From an uncultured Candidatus Saccharibacteria bacterium (GTDB lineage Bacteria; Patescibacteriota; Minisyncoccia; UBA6257; 2-01-FULL-56-20): 63,682 nucleotides of DNA. Of this stretch, positions 9,192-18,030 are shown in pieces. The stretch's first letter is position 1. Each line of letters begins with the position of its first letter. The stretch covers positions 1-63,682 of the forward strand of contig CAYUBE010000002.1 of NCBI GenBank assembly GCA_964442965.1, read 5' to 3'. The notes under the pieces are model-generated. The model saw only the letters and a program-made list of their open reading frames with translations, was not told the origin of the DNA and ran no database searches. A program made the translations under genes and the position numbers.

Positions 9192-10013
9192 ATGAAATCC
9201 TACAAGCCAACCAGTCCATCGCGCCGAAGCATGACCACCGTAGATTATGGGAGTCTTTCGCGCGTGAAGCCGAAGAAGTCGCTCACCATGCGGCTCAAGT
9301 CGCATTCGGGCAGGAATTCGCAGGGCCGCATCACGATGCGCCATCAGGGCGGTGGCAACAAAAAATTGTACCGCATCATTGATTTTAAACAGAACCAGCT
9401 TGGCACGAAAGTTATGGTTGAAACGTTGGAATACGATCCGTATCGGACCGCGTTCATCGCGCTCGTGAAGCATGCGGACGGAAAGAAGAGCTATATTCTT
9501 GCTCCGGAAAAACTCACGGTCGGTATGGAGCTTGTCATTGCAGAATCAGCTCCGCTCACAACGGGTAACCGCCTGCAGTTGCGGAACATTCCGGTCGGTT
9601 ATCAGGTTTACAATGTAGAGCTCGTTCCGGGCAAAGGTGGACAGCTTGCCCGCTCAGCCGGATCCTACGTTGAAGTTTTGGCGAACGCGGATGGCTACAC
9701 CGATCTCCGGCTTTCATCCGGCGAGGTGCGCCGCGTGCCATGGGAAGGGTTCGCTTCGATTGGCCAGGTCTCGAACGCGGAATGGAATTTGATGACGATC
9801 GGCAAAGCCGGACGTTCGCGGTGGCTCGGTATTCGTCCGACGGTCCGTGGCAAGGCCATGAACCCCGTCGACCATCCGTACGGCGGCGGCGAAGGCAGCC
9901 AGCCGCGCGGTACGCGGAAGCCAAAGGACATCTGGGGCAATATTACGGGTGGGCACAAGACGCGCGACAAGAAGAAGAGGTCAACGAAACTTATTATAAA
10001 GAGAAGGAAATAA
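9192..10013 (+). CDS. rplB: 50S ribosomal protein L2
   Basis: MRHQGGGNKKLYRIIDF, GKAGRSRWLGIRPTVRGKAMNPVDHPYGGGEG. Confidence 0.95.
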   Translation: MKSYKPTSPSRRSMTTVDYGSLSRVKPKKSLTMRLKSHSGRNSQGRITMRHQGGGNKKLYRIIDFKQNQLGTKVMVETLEYDPYRTAFIALVKHADGKKSYILAPEKLTVGMELVIAESAPLTTGNRLQLRNIPVGYQVYNVELVPGKGGQLARSAGSYVEVLANADGYTDLRLSSGEVRRVPWEGFASIGQVSNAEWNLMTIGKAGRSRWLGIRPTVRGKAMNPVDHPYGGGEGSQPRGTRKPKDIWGNITGGHKTRDKKKRSTKLIIKRRK

Positions 10014-10022
10014 TTTATTACT

Positions 10023-10358
10023 ATGTCACGAAGCTTAAAAAAAGGACCTTACGTTGATCCAAAACTGCTTAAAAAAGTGGCGGCTTTGAAGTCGGGCGGC
10101 AATACGGTTATTAAGACGTGGTCGCGCGCTTCGGAGATTGCACCAGAAATGGTCGGCCATCTCTTTGGTATCCACAACGGTAAGATTTTCGTCGAGGTGC
10201 GCATTACCGAGGAAATGGTGGGCCACCGGCTCGGTGAGTTTTCGCTCACGAGGAAATTTGTCCGTCACGGAGGCAAGATGCAGAAAGAGCTCGAGATGAA
10301 GGCCGCTGAAACCCAAAAGGCGCAAGCAGCAGCCGCAAAGGCGCCAACGAAAAAATAG
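10023..10358 (+). CDS. rpsS: 30S ribosomal protein S19 (with Ala/Lys-rich C-terminal tail)
   Basis: [12 protein letters not shown]...[23 protein letters not shown]. Confidence 0.93.
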   Translation: MSRSLKKGPYVDPKLLKKVAALKSGGNTVIKTWSRASEIAPEMVGHLFGIHNGKIFVEVRITEEMVGHRLGEFSLTRKFVRHGGKMQKELEMKAAETQKAQAAAAKAPTKK

Positions 10359-10432
10359 CCACTAGCCACGAGCGACTAGGGAAAAAAGAAAAAAGCCCTA
10401 GTGGCCAATCCCCAGTGGCTAACACCTAAACA
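10356..10432 (+). repeat. GCCACTAG-family intergenic hairpin element, copy B
   Basis: Identical 77-mer to 8741-8817. Begins at the rpsS stop codon. Confidence 0.9.
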
Positions 10433-10434
10433 AC

Positions 10435-10956
10435 ATGCAACAGCAAACCGCACAATTGAATTATCTTCGGATCGCACCGCGCAAGGTGCGGAGCGTTGCT
10501 GATCTTATTCGCGGCATGTCGGTGAACGAGGCCGAGGCCCAACTCTTGATGGTCCGCCGTCGGCCGGCAAAACCGCTCCTGAAGCTCTTGCGCTCGGCGG
10601 TCGCAAATGCTAAAAACAAACAGATCAACGCCGATCATCTTTTTATTGCGGAGATCCGCGTCGACCAGGGCCCGATGTTAAAGCGCATGTTGCCGCGCGC
10701 GCGCGGTTCTGCATCGTCCATTCAAAAGAAGATGAGCCATGTTGTCTTGACGCTCGGCGTCAATAACAAGCTTTCCTCGAAATTTACGATCGCTGCGGCA
10801 AAGAAGAAAAAGTTGCCGAAGGAACCAAAAGCAGACAAGGAGAAACCGGCCCGAAAGCGCGTCGTCGAGGGGGATCCAGCTATGGTTCAAACAGCCAAGA
10901 GAAAACACGGATTTTTCCGGCGGACGTTCGGTGGAAAATCAGGAGCGGACAAATAA
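10435..10956 (+). CDS. rplV: 50S ribosomal protein L22 (extended basic C-terminus)
   Basis: LRIAPRKVRSVADLIRGMSVNEAEAQL, operon position. Confidence 0.92.
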   Translation: MQQQTAQLNYLRIAPRKVRSVADLIRGMSVNEAEAQLLMVRRRPAKPLLKLLRSAVANAKNKQINADHLFIAEIRVDQGPMLKRMLPRARGSASSIQKKMSHVVLTLGVNNKLSSKFTIAAAKKKKLPKEPKADKEKPARKRVVEGDPAMVQTAKRKHGFFRRTFGGKSGADK

Positions 10957-11002
10957 AAAAAATGATTCATGAATCATAATTCATGAATCTAAACAAAATT
11001 CC

Positions 11003-11680
11003 ATGGGACAAAAAACACATCCTCTTTCATTCCGTCTTGGCATCACCAAAAACTGGCCGGTTCGCTGGTTTATTAAGGACGGCTATGCGAAATATCTTGA
11101 AGAAGATGAGGCGATTCGCAATACGATTATGAAAAAGATCGGCTTGGCGGGCATTGCCGTGATCGAGATCGAGCGGACCCAGGGAAATCTCAGGGTGTTC
11201 ATCAAGGCGGCTCGTCCAGGGTTCATCATTGGTCGTGGTGGTAAAGGGATGGAGGAGCTGAACAAGGCGATTGCCGAAGCGGTGCGAAAAGTGCGTGGCA
11301 ATAAAATGCCGGTTCCTTTAAGCGTTAATGTCGAAGAATTAAAGCGCTCCGAGGTGGCAGCGACGTATGTGGCTCAGCAGGTTGCGTGGGACCTCGAGCA
11401 CCGCATGCCATTCCGCCGGACGATGAAAAAATATATTGAGCAGGTGGTGCAGAATCGCGAAGTGAAGGGAGTAAAAATCTTTTTGTCGGGTCGGCTCGAC
11501 GGCAACGAGATCGCACGCCGCGAACGGCTTTCGCGCGGATCATTGCCGCTCCAGACCTTGCGTGCCGACATTGATTACGGAACCGCGACGGCGAAAACGA
11601 CCTACGGTACGATTGGTATCAAGGTATGGATCTATAAAGGCGAGATTTTTGAAAAGAAAGAGAAAACAGAAAATAGCTAA
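11003..11680 (+). CDS. rpsC: 30S ribosomal protein S3
   Basis: MGQKTHPLSFRLGITKNW, KH domain. Confidence 0.95.
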   Translation: MGQKTHPLSFRLGITKNWPVRWFIKDGYAKYLEEDEAIRNTIMKKIGLAGIAVIEIERTQGNLRVFIKAARPGFIIGRGGKGMEELNKAIAEAVRKVRGNKMPVPLSVNVEELKRSEVAATYVAQQVAWDLEHRMPFRRTMKKYIEQVVQNREVKGVKIFLSGRLDGNEIARRERLSRGSLPLQTLRADIDYGTATAKTTYGTIGIKVWIYKGEIFEKKEKTENS

Positions 11681-11720
11681 TCGCAAAGCGTCGAGCGCTA
11701 AGCGATAAGCAAATTCAATC

Positions 11721-12131
11721 ATGCTTATCCCGAAGAAAGTAAAACATCGTAAGTGGCACAAGGGCAGGTCGCTCAGCCGCCAAGTTGAGACGCGCGGGCT
11801 TGAGTTGCACTATGGCCAGTATGGCCTGAAGTCGCTTGAGCAGGCATGGATGACATCGCGCCAGATCGAGGCGGCCCGCAAGACGATCACGAATTCCCTG
11901 AAGCGCGCCGGCCGGATGTGGATCCGCGTGTTTCCCGATAAGCCCGTTACGATCCGGCCGCCGGAAACCACGATGGGCGGCGGCAAGGGAAGCGTTGATC
12001 ATTATGTTTTTCCGGTCCGCCCGGGAAGGATCCTTTTTGAGATTGACGGCGTCCCGCCCGAGAAAGCGAAGGAGGCGCTTCGCCTCGCGTCATACAAGCT
12101 ACCGGTGAAAACCAAAATAGTGATAAAGTAA
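11721..12131 (+). CDS. rplP: 50S ribosomal protein L16
   Basis: MLIPKKVKHRKWHKGR. Confidence 0.95.
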   Translation: MLIPKKVKHRKWHKGRSLSRQVETRGLELHYGQYGLKSLEQAWMTSRQIEAARKTITNSLKRAGRMWIRVFPDKPVTIRPPETTMGGGKGSVDHYVFPVRPGRILFEIDGVPPEKAKEALRLASYKLPVKTKIVIK

Positions 12132-12212
12132 ATTGCACAAATGTTCAAATGTTGTAGTGTTCTCATGCCATTACAACATTCCATCATTACAACAGCTACA
12201 ACATTCAACATC

Positions 12213-12413
12213 ATGAAGAAGAAGGATATCCAAGATTTGAAAATGAAGCCGGAGGCGGAACTTTTGCGTCTTATTAAAGATGACGGCGAGAAGCTCCGAG
12301 CCTTGAGATTTGACCTCGCGGCCGGAAAAGTGAAGAATGTGAAGACGCTTCATGAAACCAAGCATGCGATTGCGCGCGCAAAGACATTCCTCCGCGAAAA
12401 GATAAAAAATTGA
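12213..12413 (+). CDS. rpmC: 50S ribosomal protein L29
   Basis: MKKKDIQDLKMKPEAELLRL. ATG 12213 preferred, because the ORF-track extension from 12141 lies inside the spacer repeat. Confidence 0.85.
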   Translation: MKKKDIQDLKMKPEAELLRLIKDDGEKLRALRFDLAAGKVKNVKTLHETKHAIARAKTFLREKIKN

Positions 12414-12456
12414 TTCATGAATCATGATTCATGAATCATGATTCCAACTCTCAACC

Positions 12457-12720
12457 ATGGACCAAACATCACAACAAAAGAAGATTCGCAAAATAACGGG
12501 TGTCGTCGTTTCTGATAAGATGACGAAGACGCGGGTGGTTGCGGTCTCGCGCCTCAAGAAACATCCGCGCTATTTGAAATACCAGACGCTCACAGCGCGG
12601 TTCAAGGCGCACGACGAGAAGAACGAATATCACGAGGGTGATAAGGTCGTGATTGAAGAGACGAGACCATTGTCGAAAGAGAAACGATGGAGAATTGTTG
12701 AAAAAATTTCCAATTCCTAA
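12457..12720 (+). CDS. rpsQ: 30S ribosomal protein S17
   Basis: [14 protein letters not shown]...[23 protein letters not shown]. Confidence 0.92.
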   Translation: MDQTSQQKKIRKITGVVVSDKMTKTRVVAVSRLKKHPRYLKYQTLTARFKAHDEKNEYHEGDKVVIEETRPLSKEKRWRIVEKISNS

Positions 12721-12733
12721 TATCTAATTTCCC

Positions 12734-13102
12734 ATGATCCAAGAACGTACCATATTGAAAGTTGCGGATAACAGCGGCGCGAAAGTCGTGCGATGTTTTC
12801 GCATCCTCGGCGGCACGCGCCGGCGTTATGCGGGCGTGGGAGATATTATCGTCGCATCAGTGCAGTCAGCCGAACCCCGGAAGGCCGTGAAGAAGAAAGA
12901 CGTGGTGAAGGTGCTCGTGGTGCGGACCAAGAACGCCTTGCGCCGGAAGGACGGATCGTATGTTCGCTTTGATGAAAACGCCGTGGTGCTTGTCGACGCC
13001 AAGAAGGAGCCGGTCGCAACGCGCGTCTTTGGGCCATTACCGCGCGAGCTGAAGGAAAGGGGATTTGAAAAACTGATGACCATGGCGGAAGAGATCGTAT
13101 GA
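12734..13102 (+). CDS. rplN: 50S ribosomal protein L14
   Basis: MIQERTILKVADNSGAK. Confidence 0.95.
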   Translation: MIQERTILKVADNSGAKVVRCFRILGGTRRRYAGVGDIIVASVQSAEPRKAVKKKDVVKVLVVRTKNALRRKDGSYVRFDENAVVLVDAKKEPVATRVFGPLPRELKERGFEKLMTMAEEIV

Positions 13103-13185
13103 AGAAGATTCAAGATTCAGGAAGCAGGATTCAAGAAGTATCCATTCCTGAATCATGAATCTTGAATCCTGAATCACTCAAAAAC

Positions 13186-13491
13186 ATGAAAATAATCAAA
13201 GACGATACGGTAAAAATAATTTCAGGCAAAGACCGCGGCAAAACGGGGAAAGTGCTTCACGCGCTTCCGTCAGAAGATAAAGTGATTATCGACGGTTTGA
13301 ATCTCGTGAAGAAACATTCGCGGCCGAAGAAGCAAGGCGAAAAAGGACAGGTGGTTTCGGTTCCGCGCCCGCTCGGAGTATCTAAGGTGATGCTGATCTG
13401 CGCTTCCTGCAAAGAACCGACCCGCGTCGGCTATCGCAGGGATGGCGCCCGAAAGGTGCGATACTGCAAGAAATGCAAGGCGAAGATTTAA
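13186..13491 (+). CDS. rplX: 50S ribosomal protein L24
   Basis: MKIIKDDTVKIISGKDRGKTGKV (KOW). ATG 13186 preferred over the TTG at 13162. Confidence 0.9.
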   Translation: MKIIKDDTVKIISGKDRGKTGKVLHALPSEDKVIIDGLNLVKKHSRPKKQGEKGQVVSVPRPLGVSKVMLICASCKEPTRVGYRRDGARKVRYCKKCKAKI

Positions 13492-13495
13492 ATTT

Positions 13496-14053
13496 ATGGC
13501 CATTTCAAAGGAACAACAAGAAAATAGCAGGCGTAAAGAGATTCGCGGCTTCCTCGAGAAGATCGTGCTTGATGCCGGCGTCGGACGCATGAGCCAACTG
13601 CCGAATTTCGAAGAGAAGTCGCTCGTGCAGGTGATGCAGGATATTGCCGCCATGACAGGCCAGAAGCCGCAGATCCGCCGTGCGAAGAAATCCATAGCGG
13701 GATTCAAGATCAGGGAAAACCAGATCGTGGGTGTGCGCGTTACGCTCCGGCGCGAGAAAATGGTTGATTTTTTCGAGCGTCTGGTTACAATAGTACTGCC
13801 TCGCGTACGTGACTTCCGCGGCATCAACCGAACCGCGATCGATTCTCATGGCGTGCTTACGGTCGGCGTTCGCGATCAATTCGTTTTTCCGGAGATCGAC
13901 CAAACGACGTCGCCCACTGCATTCTCGTTCGGCGCGAGCATCGTTCCCAAGAAGAAAGATGCCAAGCTTTCGTGGGACGAATTTACGAAACTCGGCGTTC
14001 CGATGAAGAAGATCGAAGAATCAGGAAAGAAGAAAGGTAAAAGCAGAAACTAG
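13496..14053 (+). CDS. rplE: 50S ribosomal protein L5
   Basis: ATG 13496 (MAISKEQQ...). KIVLDAGVG, RDFRGI motifs. Confidence 0.92.
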   Translation: MAISKEQQENSRRKEIRGFLEKIVLDAGVGRMSQLPNFEEKSLVQVMQDIAAMTGQKPQIRRAKKSIAGFKIRENQIVGVRVTLRREKMVDFFERLVTIVLPRVRDFRGINRTAIDSHGVLTVGVRDQFVFPEIDQTTSPTAFSFGASIVPKKKDAKLSWDEFTKLGVPMKKIEESGKKKGKSRN

Positions 14054-14100
14054 CCAATAGCCACTAGTGGCTAGTCCCCAACAACTAACACCTAAACATC

Positions 14101-14286
14101 ATGCCCAAAGAATCTGTCATTGCGCGAAGTAAAAAACGCCCCAAGTTTTCCAGCCGAATTGTTCGTCGCTGTTTTCGGTGCGGCCGCAAGCACGGATTTA
14201 TGCGCGACTTCGGGCTGTGCCGGATCTGTTTCCGGGAAATGGCGACGCGGCAGCAAATTCCCGGCATAAAAAAGGCAAGCTGGTGA
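14101..14286 (+). CDS. rpsZ: 30S ribosomal protein S14, zinc-binding type Z
   Basis: 61 aa with CFRCG...CRIC zinc-ribbon cysteines. Confidence 0.93.
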   Translation: MPKESVIARSKKRPKFSSRIVRRCFRCGRKHGFMRDFGLCRICFREMATRQQIPGIKKASW

Positions 14287-14339
14287 AAATAGCCACTAGC
14301 CAACAGTAACTAGCCACTAGTGGCTAAACACTAACTACT

Positions 14340-14714
14340 ATGTATTATCGACTTCTTCCTGAAATTAAAAATGCGTTGCGGGCCGGCAAAGAAAAAATGA
14401 CGGTACCGTTTTCGCGCATGGACCTCGCGGTGCTTGAGGTGCTGCGGGATAACGACTATATCAAGAGTGCTGAAAAAGAAATTGTCGGCAAAAAGAGCGT
14501 TATTGCGATCCGCCTCGGCGGCAAGAACAAAGAAGACATTGATTTCAAGGTTCTCAGTAAGCCAAGCCGTCGTTTTTACAGCGATTATCGGAATTTGCAT
14601 CGGGTGCGACAAGGATACGGTCTCGGTGTTCTTTCGACGCCGTCGGGCATCATGTCTGCTACGGACGCAAAAAAGAAAAAAGTCGGCGGAGAATATCTTT
14701 TTCAAATTTGGTAA
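14340..14714 (+). CDS. rpsH: 30S ribosomal protein S8
   Basis: 124 aa, operon position, GGEYLFQIW C-terminus. Confidence 0.9.
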   Translation: MYYRLLPEIKNALRAGKEKMTVPFSRMDLAVLEVLRDNDYIKSAEKEIVGKKSVIAIRLGGKNKEDIDFKVLSKPSRRFYSDYRNLHRVRQGYGLGVLSTPSGIMSATDAKKKKVGGEYLFQIW

Positions 14715-14764
14715 TTCTGAGAGTGTATTTTAGAAATTAGTAATTAGATATTAGAAATTTATTT

Positions 14765-15310
14765 ATGTCACGTCTTATTAAGAAATCTATTCCCATGCCG
14801 GACGGCGTCACGATAGCCGAACACAATGGCTTCGTAGTAGTGAAGGGTCCGAAAGGTGAGTTAAGGATCGCGCTCACGCAGGGTATTCTTGTCACATCGA
14901 AAGATGGCGGCGTTTGGGTGGAGCAAGGAAAAGATCTCGCGAATGTCGCGATGCTCGGGACGACGTGGGCGCTCGTAAAGAATGCCATAGAAGGGGTAAC
15001 CAAGGGTTTTACGAAAAAGCTCGAGATTGAAGGCGTCGGTTATCGCGCAGCACTGGAAGGCAAGGATCTCATGCTGTATCTTGGTTATGCTCAGCCGGTT
15101 CGGGTTGCGATACCGGACGACGTGACGGTTGCCGTGGAAAAAAACACCAATATTCTTTTTTCTGGCATCAGCAAGGAGAATGTCGGACAGATTGCAGCGA
15201 AGATCCGGGCGCTCAAGAAGCCGGAACCCTATAAGGGCAAGGGATTCCATTATGAAGGAGAAGTCATTCGCAGGAAGGTCGGTAAGAAAGCGGGAACGAC
15301 AACAGGATAG
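14765..15310 (+). CDS. rplF: 50S ribosomal protein L6
   Basis: MSRLIKKSIPMPDGVTI...VVKGPKGEL. Confidence 0.93.
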   Translation: MSRLIKKSIPMPDGVTIAEHNGFVVVKGPKGELRIALTQGILVTSKDGGVWVEQGKDLANVAMLGTTWALVKNAIEGVTKGFTKKLEIEGVGYRAALEGKDLMLYLGYAQPVRVAIPDDVTVAVEKNTNILFSGISKENVGQIAAKIRALKKPEPYKGKGFHYEGEVIRRKVGKKAGTTTG

Positions 15311-15363
15311 TCGATAGAAACTGGCCACTAGCCACTAGTGGCTAAGTACTAATTACTAATTTT

Positions 15364-15729
15364 ATGAATGCACGCAAAAAATTGAATAAAAAGAGAACCC
15401 GTCGCGCGGTACGATCGAGCGCTCGGATTTTCGGCACGACCGAACGTCCGCGGCTTGCCGTCCATCGCACGAACCGTTTTATCTACGCGGAGCTTATTGA
15501 CGATACGAAGGGGCATACGCTTGCAGCTGCTTCGAATGTTGGAAAAAAAGGAGAAAAGAGGGTGAAGATTGCAAAAATCGCCGCGGCGGAAACTGTGGGT
15601 GCGGAGATCGGAAAGAAGGCAGCCGCACTCGGCATCACAAAGGCGGTTTTCGACCGACGTTCCTACCGTTTTCATGGCCGCGTAAAGAGCGTCGCCGAGG
15701 GTGCTAAAAGGGCAGGACTTCTGATATAA
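15364..15729 (+). CDS. rplR: 50S ribosomal protein L18
   Basis: RPRLAVHRTNRFIYAELIDD...FDRRSYRFHGRVKSVAEGAKRAGL. Confidence 0.93.
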   Translation: MNARKKLNKKRTRRAVRSSARIFGTTERPRLAVHRTNRFIYAELIDDTKGHTLAAASNVGKKGEKRVKIAKIAAAETVGAEIGKKAAALGITKAVFDRRSYRFHGRVKSVAEGAKRAGLLI

Positions 15730-15737
15730 TAACGACC

Positions 15738-16205
15738 ATGCTACGAAGAAACGAACGCCCGGCACGAAGGCAAGATGAATTCAAAGAACGCGTACTCGAT
15801 ATGCGGCGTGTTACCCGTGTGGTTGCGGGCGGCAAAAGGTTCCGGTTCCGTGCGACCGTGATTGTGGGCGATGAAAAAGGCAGGATCGGCGTCGGTATTG
15901 CGAAGGGTCTCGACGTCCAACAGGCGGTAGGCAAAGCAAATCTCGACGCTAAGAAGAAGATGATTACGGTCATTTTGAAAGATGGCCGCACGATTGCGCA
16001 TGACGTGGTTGCAAAATACAGCGCCGCGAAAGTTTTGGTGAAACCAGCCGCGAAGGGCCATGGTCTTCGTGCGGGAAGCGCAGTTCGCGTGGTTCTTGAC
16101 TTCGCCGGCATCAAGGATGCGACCGCGAAGTGTCTCGGTCGGACTCCTAACAAACTTACGAATGCACTTGCGACCGTTGAAGCGTTGAAAAAACTAAAGG
16201 CATAA
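15738..16205 (+). CDS. rpsE: 30S ribosomal protein S5
   Basis: RVTRVVAGGKRFRFRATVIVGDEKGRIGVGIAKG. Confidence 0.93.
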   Translation: MLRRNERPARRQDEFKERVLDMRRVTRVVAGGKRFRFRATVIVGDEKGRIGVGIAKGLDVQQAVGKANLDAKKKMITVILKDGRTIAHDVVAKYSAAKVLVKPAAKGHGLRAGSAVRVVLDFAGIKDATAKCLGRTPNKLTNALATVEALKKLKA

Positions 16206-16281
16206 ACGTGGTGATGTTCTAAGGTTATAATTTTTATTACAACACTCTATCATTACAACAATTACAACACTTATAACAATT

Positions 16282-16713
16282 ATGAAATTACATTCTTTAA
16301 CTCCCATCAGAAAACAGAATCCCCAGCGCATCGGGCGCGGCGGCAAGCGTGGCACGACCTCCGGCCGCGGTCAGAAAGGACAAAAGTCTCGTTCGGGCCA
16401 TCGTATCCGTCCGGCGGAGCGCGATCTCATTTTAAAACTTCCGAAGAAGCGCGGTTTCCGCAATAAGCCCAAGAAGGATGCCGTGACGGTTTTCAATCTC
16501 GAAACTCTTTCCGGAAAGTTAAAGAAATTTGCCGGCAAAGAACCTCTCGTTATCACGACGGAACTTTTGAAAACAGCCAAGCTTCTTGGCAAGAATTTCA
16601 CCGGCGAAATAAAGATACTGGGAACGGGGGAGATGGCCTTTCCGGTTTCGATAGAAGGTGGCATTACGGTTTCGAAAAGTGCGAAAGAAAAGATAAAAAA
16701 GGCCATAAAATGA
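16282..16713 (+). CDS. rplO: 50S ribosomal protein L15
   Basis: RIGRGGKRGTTSGRGQKGQKSRSG. Confidence 0.93.
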   Translation: MKLHSLTPIRKQNPQRIGRGGKRGTTSGRGQKGQKSRSGHRIRPAERDLILKLPKKRGFRNKPKKDAVTVFNLETLSGKLKKFAGKEPLVITTELLKTAKLLGKNFTGEIKILGTGEMAFPVSIEGGITVSKSAKEKIKKAIK

Positions 16714-16758
16714 TTCACGAATCAGGATTCATGAATCATGATTCCAACTTAAAATCTG

Positions 16759-18030
16759 ATGAACCGTTTTTTTCAGCTTTTCAAAGTTCCCGATCTTCGC
16801 AATAAGATACTCATTGTTGCGGGGCTTTTGGTGGCATATCGCGTGCTCGCTGCCGTGCCGATTCCGGGCGTTGATGCAGCGCGGCTCCAGAATTATTTCG
16901 GTTCAAGTCAACTTTTTGGATTCTTGAGTTTCTTTTCGGGGGGCGGGCTTTCAAATCTTTCGCTTGTGATGCTTGGCGTCGGTCCGTATATCACGGCGAC
17001 GATCATCATGCAGCTTCTCACGATCGTTTTCCCGCGGCTCAAGGAGATGTATTACGAAGAAGGCGCCCGGGGCCAGGCGAAGTTCAACCAGTGGTCGCGG
17101 CTCATCACGGTGCCTCTGGCCTTGGTGCAGGCGTATGGATTTTTAACGCTCCTCATATCGCAGGGCGTGATCGATCGGCCGGATCCGTTCAGTCTTGTGC
17201 GCAATATCGTTGTGATCGCCTGCGGTTCAATGCTTGCGCTCTGGCTCGGTGAGTTGATCACTGAACAGAAAGTGGGAAATGGCATTTCGCTCATTATTCT
17301 CGCCGGTATTCTCGCGCGTCTGCCGTCATCCGCAGCAACGGCATTCGCAACATATACGTCGGGGCTTCTTGTGACCTACGTAGGGTTTGCCATCGTTGCA
17401 GTGCTTCTCATTGCTGGTATCGTGTATTTGAATGAAGGTGAACGAAAGATCCCGGTTGCCTATGCCCGCCGCGTGCGAGGCAATAAGTTATACGGCGGGT
17501 CGCAAAGCTATCTGCCACTCAAAGTGAACCAGGCCGGCATGATACCGCTCATCTTTGCCATCTCGGTATTGCTCTTTCCGCAATTCTTGGCGCAGGTCGT
17601 TACCGTTTTTTCCGTGACATGGGGATTGAAGGTGAATGCTTTCGCCACGGGATTTTTGGCGAACCAGCTTGCCTATGGCATCGTGTATTTCCTTTTGGTA
17701 TTTCTTTTCACCTATTTCTATACGGCGATCACGTTCAATCCCGAAGAGGTTGCAAAAAATCTTCAGCAGAGCGGCGGATTTGTTCCGGGTATTCGTCCTG
17801 GTGAAAATACAACAAAGTTTTTTTCGAGCGTCGTGAATCGGATAACGCTCTGGGGAGCAATATTCCTCGGGCTCGTGGCCGTGCTCCCAATTGCGATTCA
17901 AACGTTGACGGGTGTCGCGACGCTCACGATTAGCGGTACCGCGATCCTCATCGTGGTTTCCGTAGCGCTCGAGACTATGCGCCAGGTTGATTCTCAACTC
18001 ACGATGCGTGAGTACGAGGGCCTCGAGTAG
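16759..18030 (+). CDS. secY: preprotein translocase subunit SecY
   Basis: 423-aa 10-TM ORF at the canonical position. GVGPYITATIIMQLL and GGFVPGIRPG motifs. Confidence 0.95.
   Translation: MNRFFQLFKVPDLRNKILIVAGLLVAYRVLAAVPIPGVDAARLQNYFGSSQLFGFLSFFSGGGLSNLSLVMLGVGPYITATIIMQLLTIVFPRLKEMYYEEGARGQAKFNQWSRLITVPLALVQAYGFLTLLISQGVIDRPDPFSLVRNIVVIACGSMLALWLGELITEQKVGNGISLIILAGILARLPSSAATAFATYTSGLLVTYVGFAIVAVLLIAGIVYLNEGERKIPVAYARRVRGNKLYGGSQSYLPLKVNQAGMIPLIFAISVLLFPQFLAQVVTVFSVTWGLKVNAFATGFLANQLAYGIVYFLLVFLFTYFYTAITFNPEEVAKNLQQSGGFVPGIRPGENTTKFFSSVVNRITLWGAIFLGLVAVLPIAIQTLTGVATLTISGTAILIVVSVALETMRQVDSQLTMREYEGLE

Noticed and set aside
8009-16758. Whether the reiterated intergenic words represent a CRISPR array.
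   Set aside because: There is no constant-length direct repeat alternating with unique spacers. The repeats are 5-12-nt words within imperfect palindromes, separated by whole genes. No cas genes are present.
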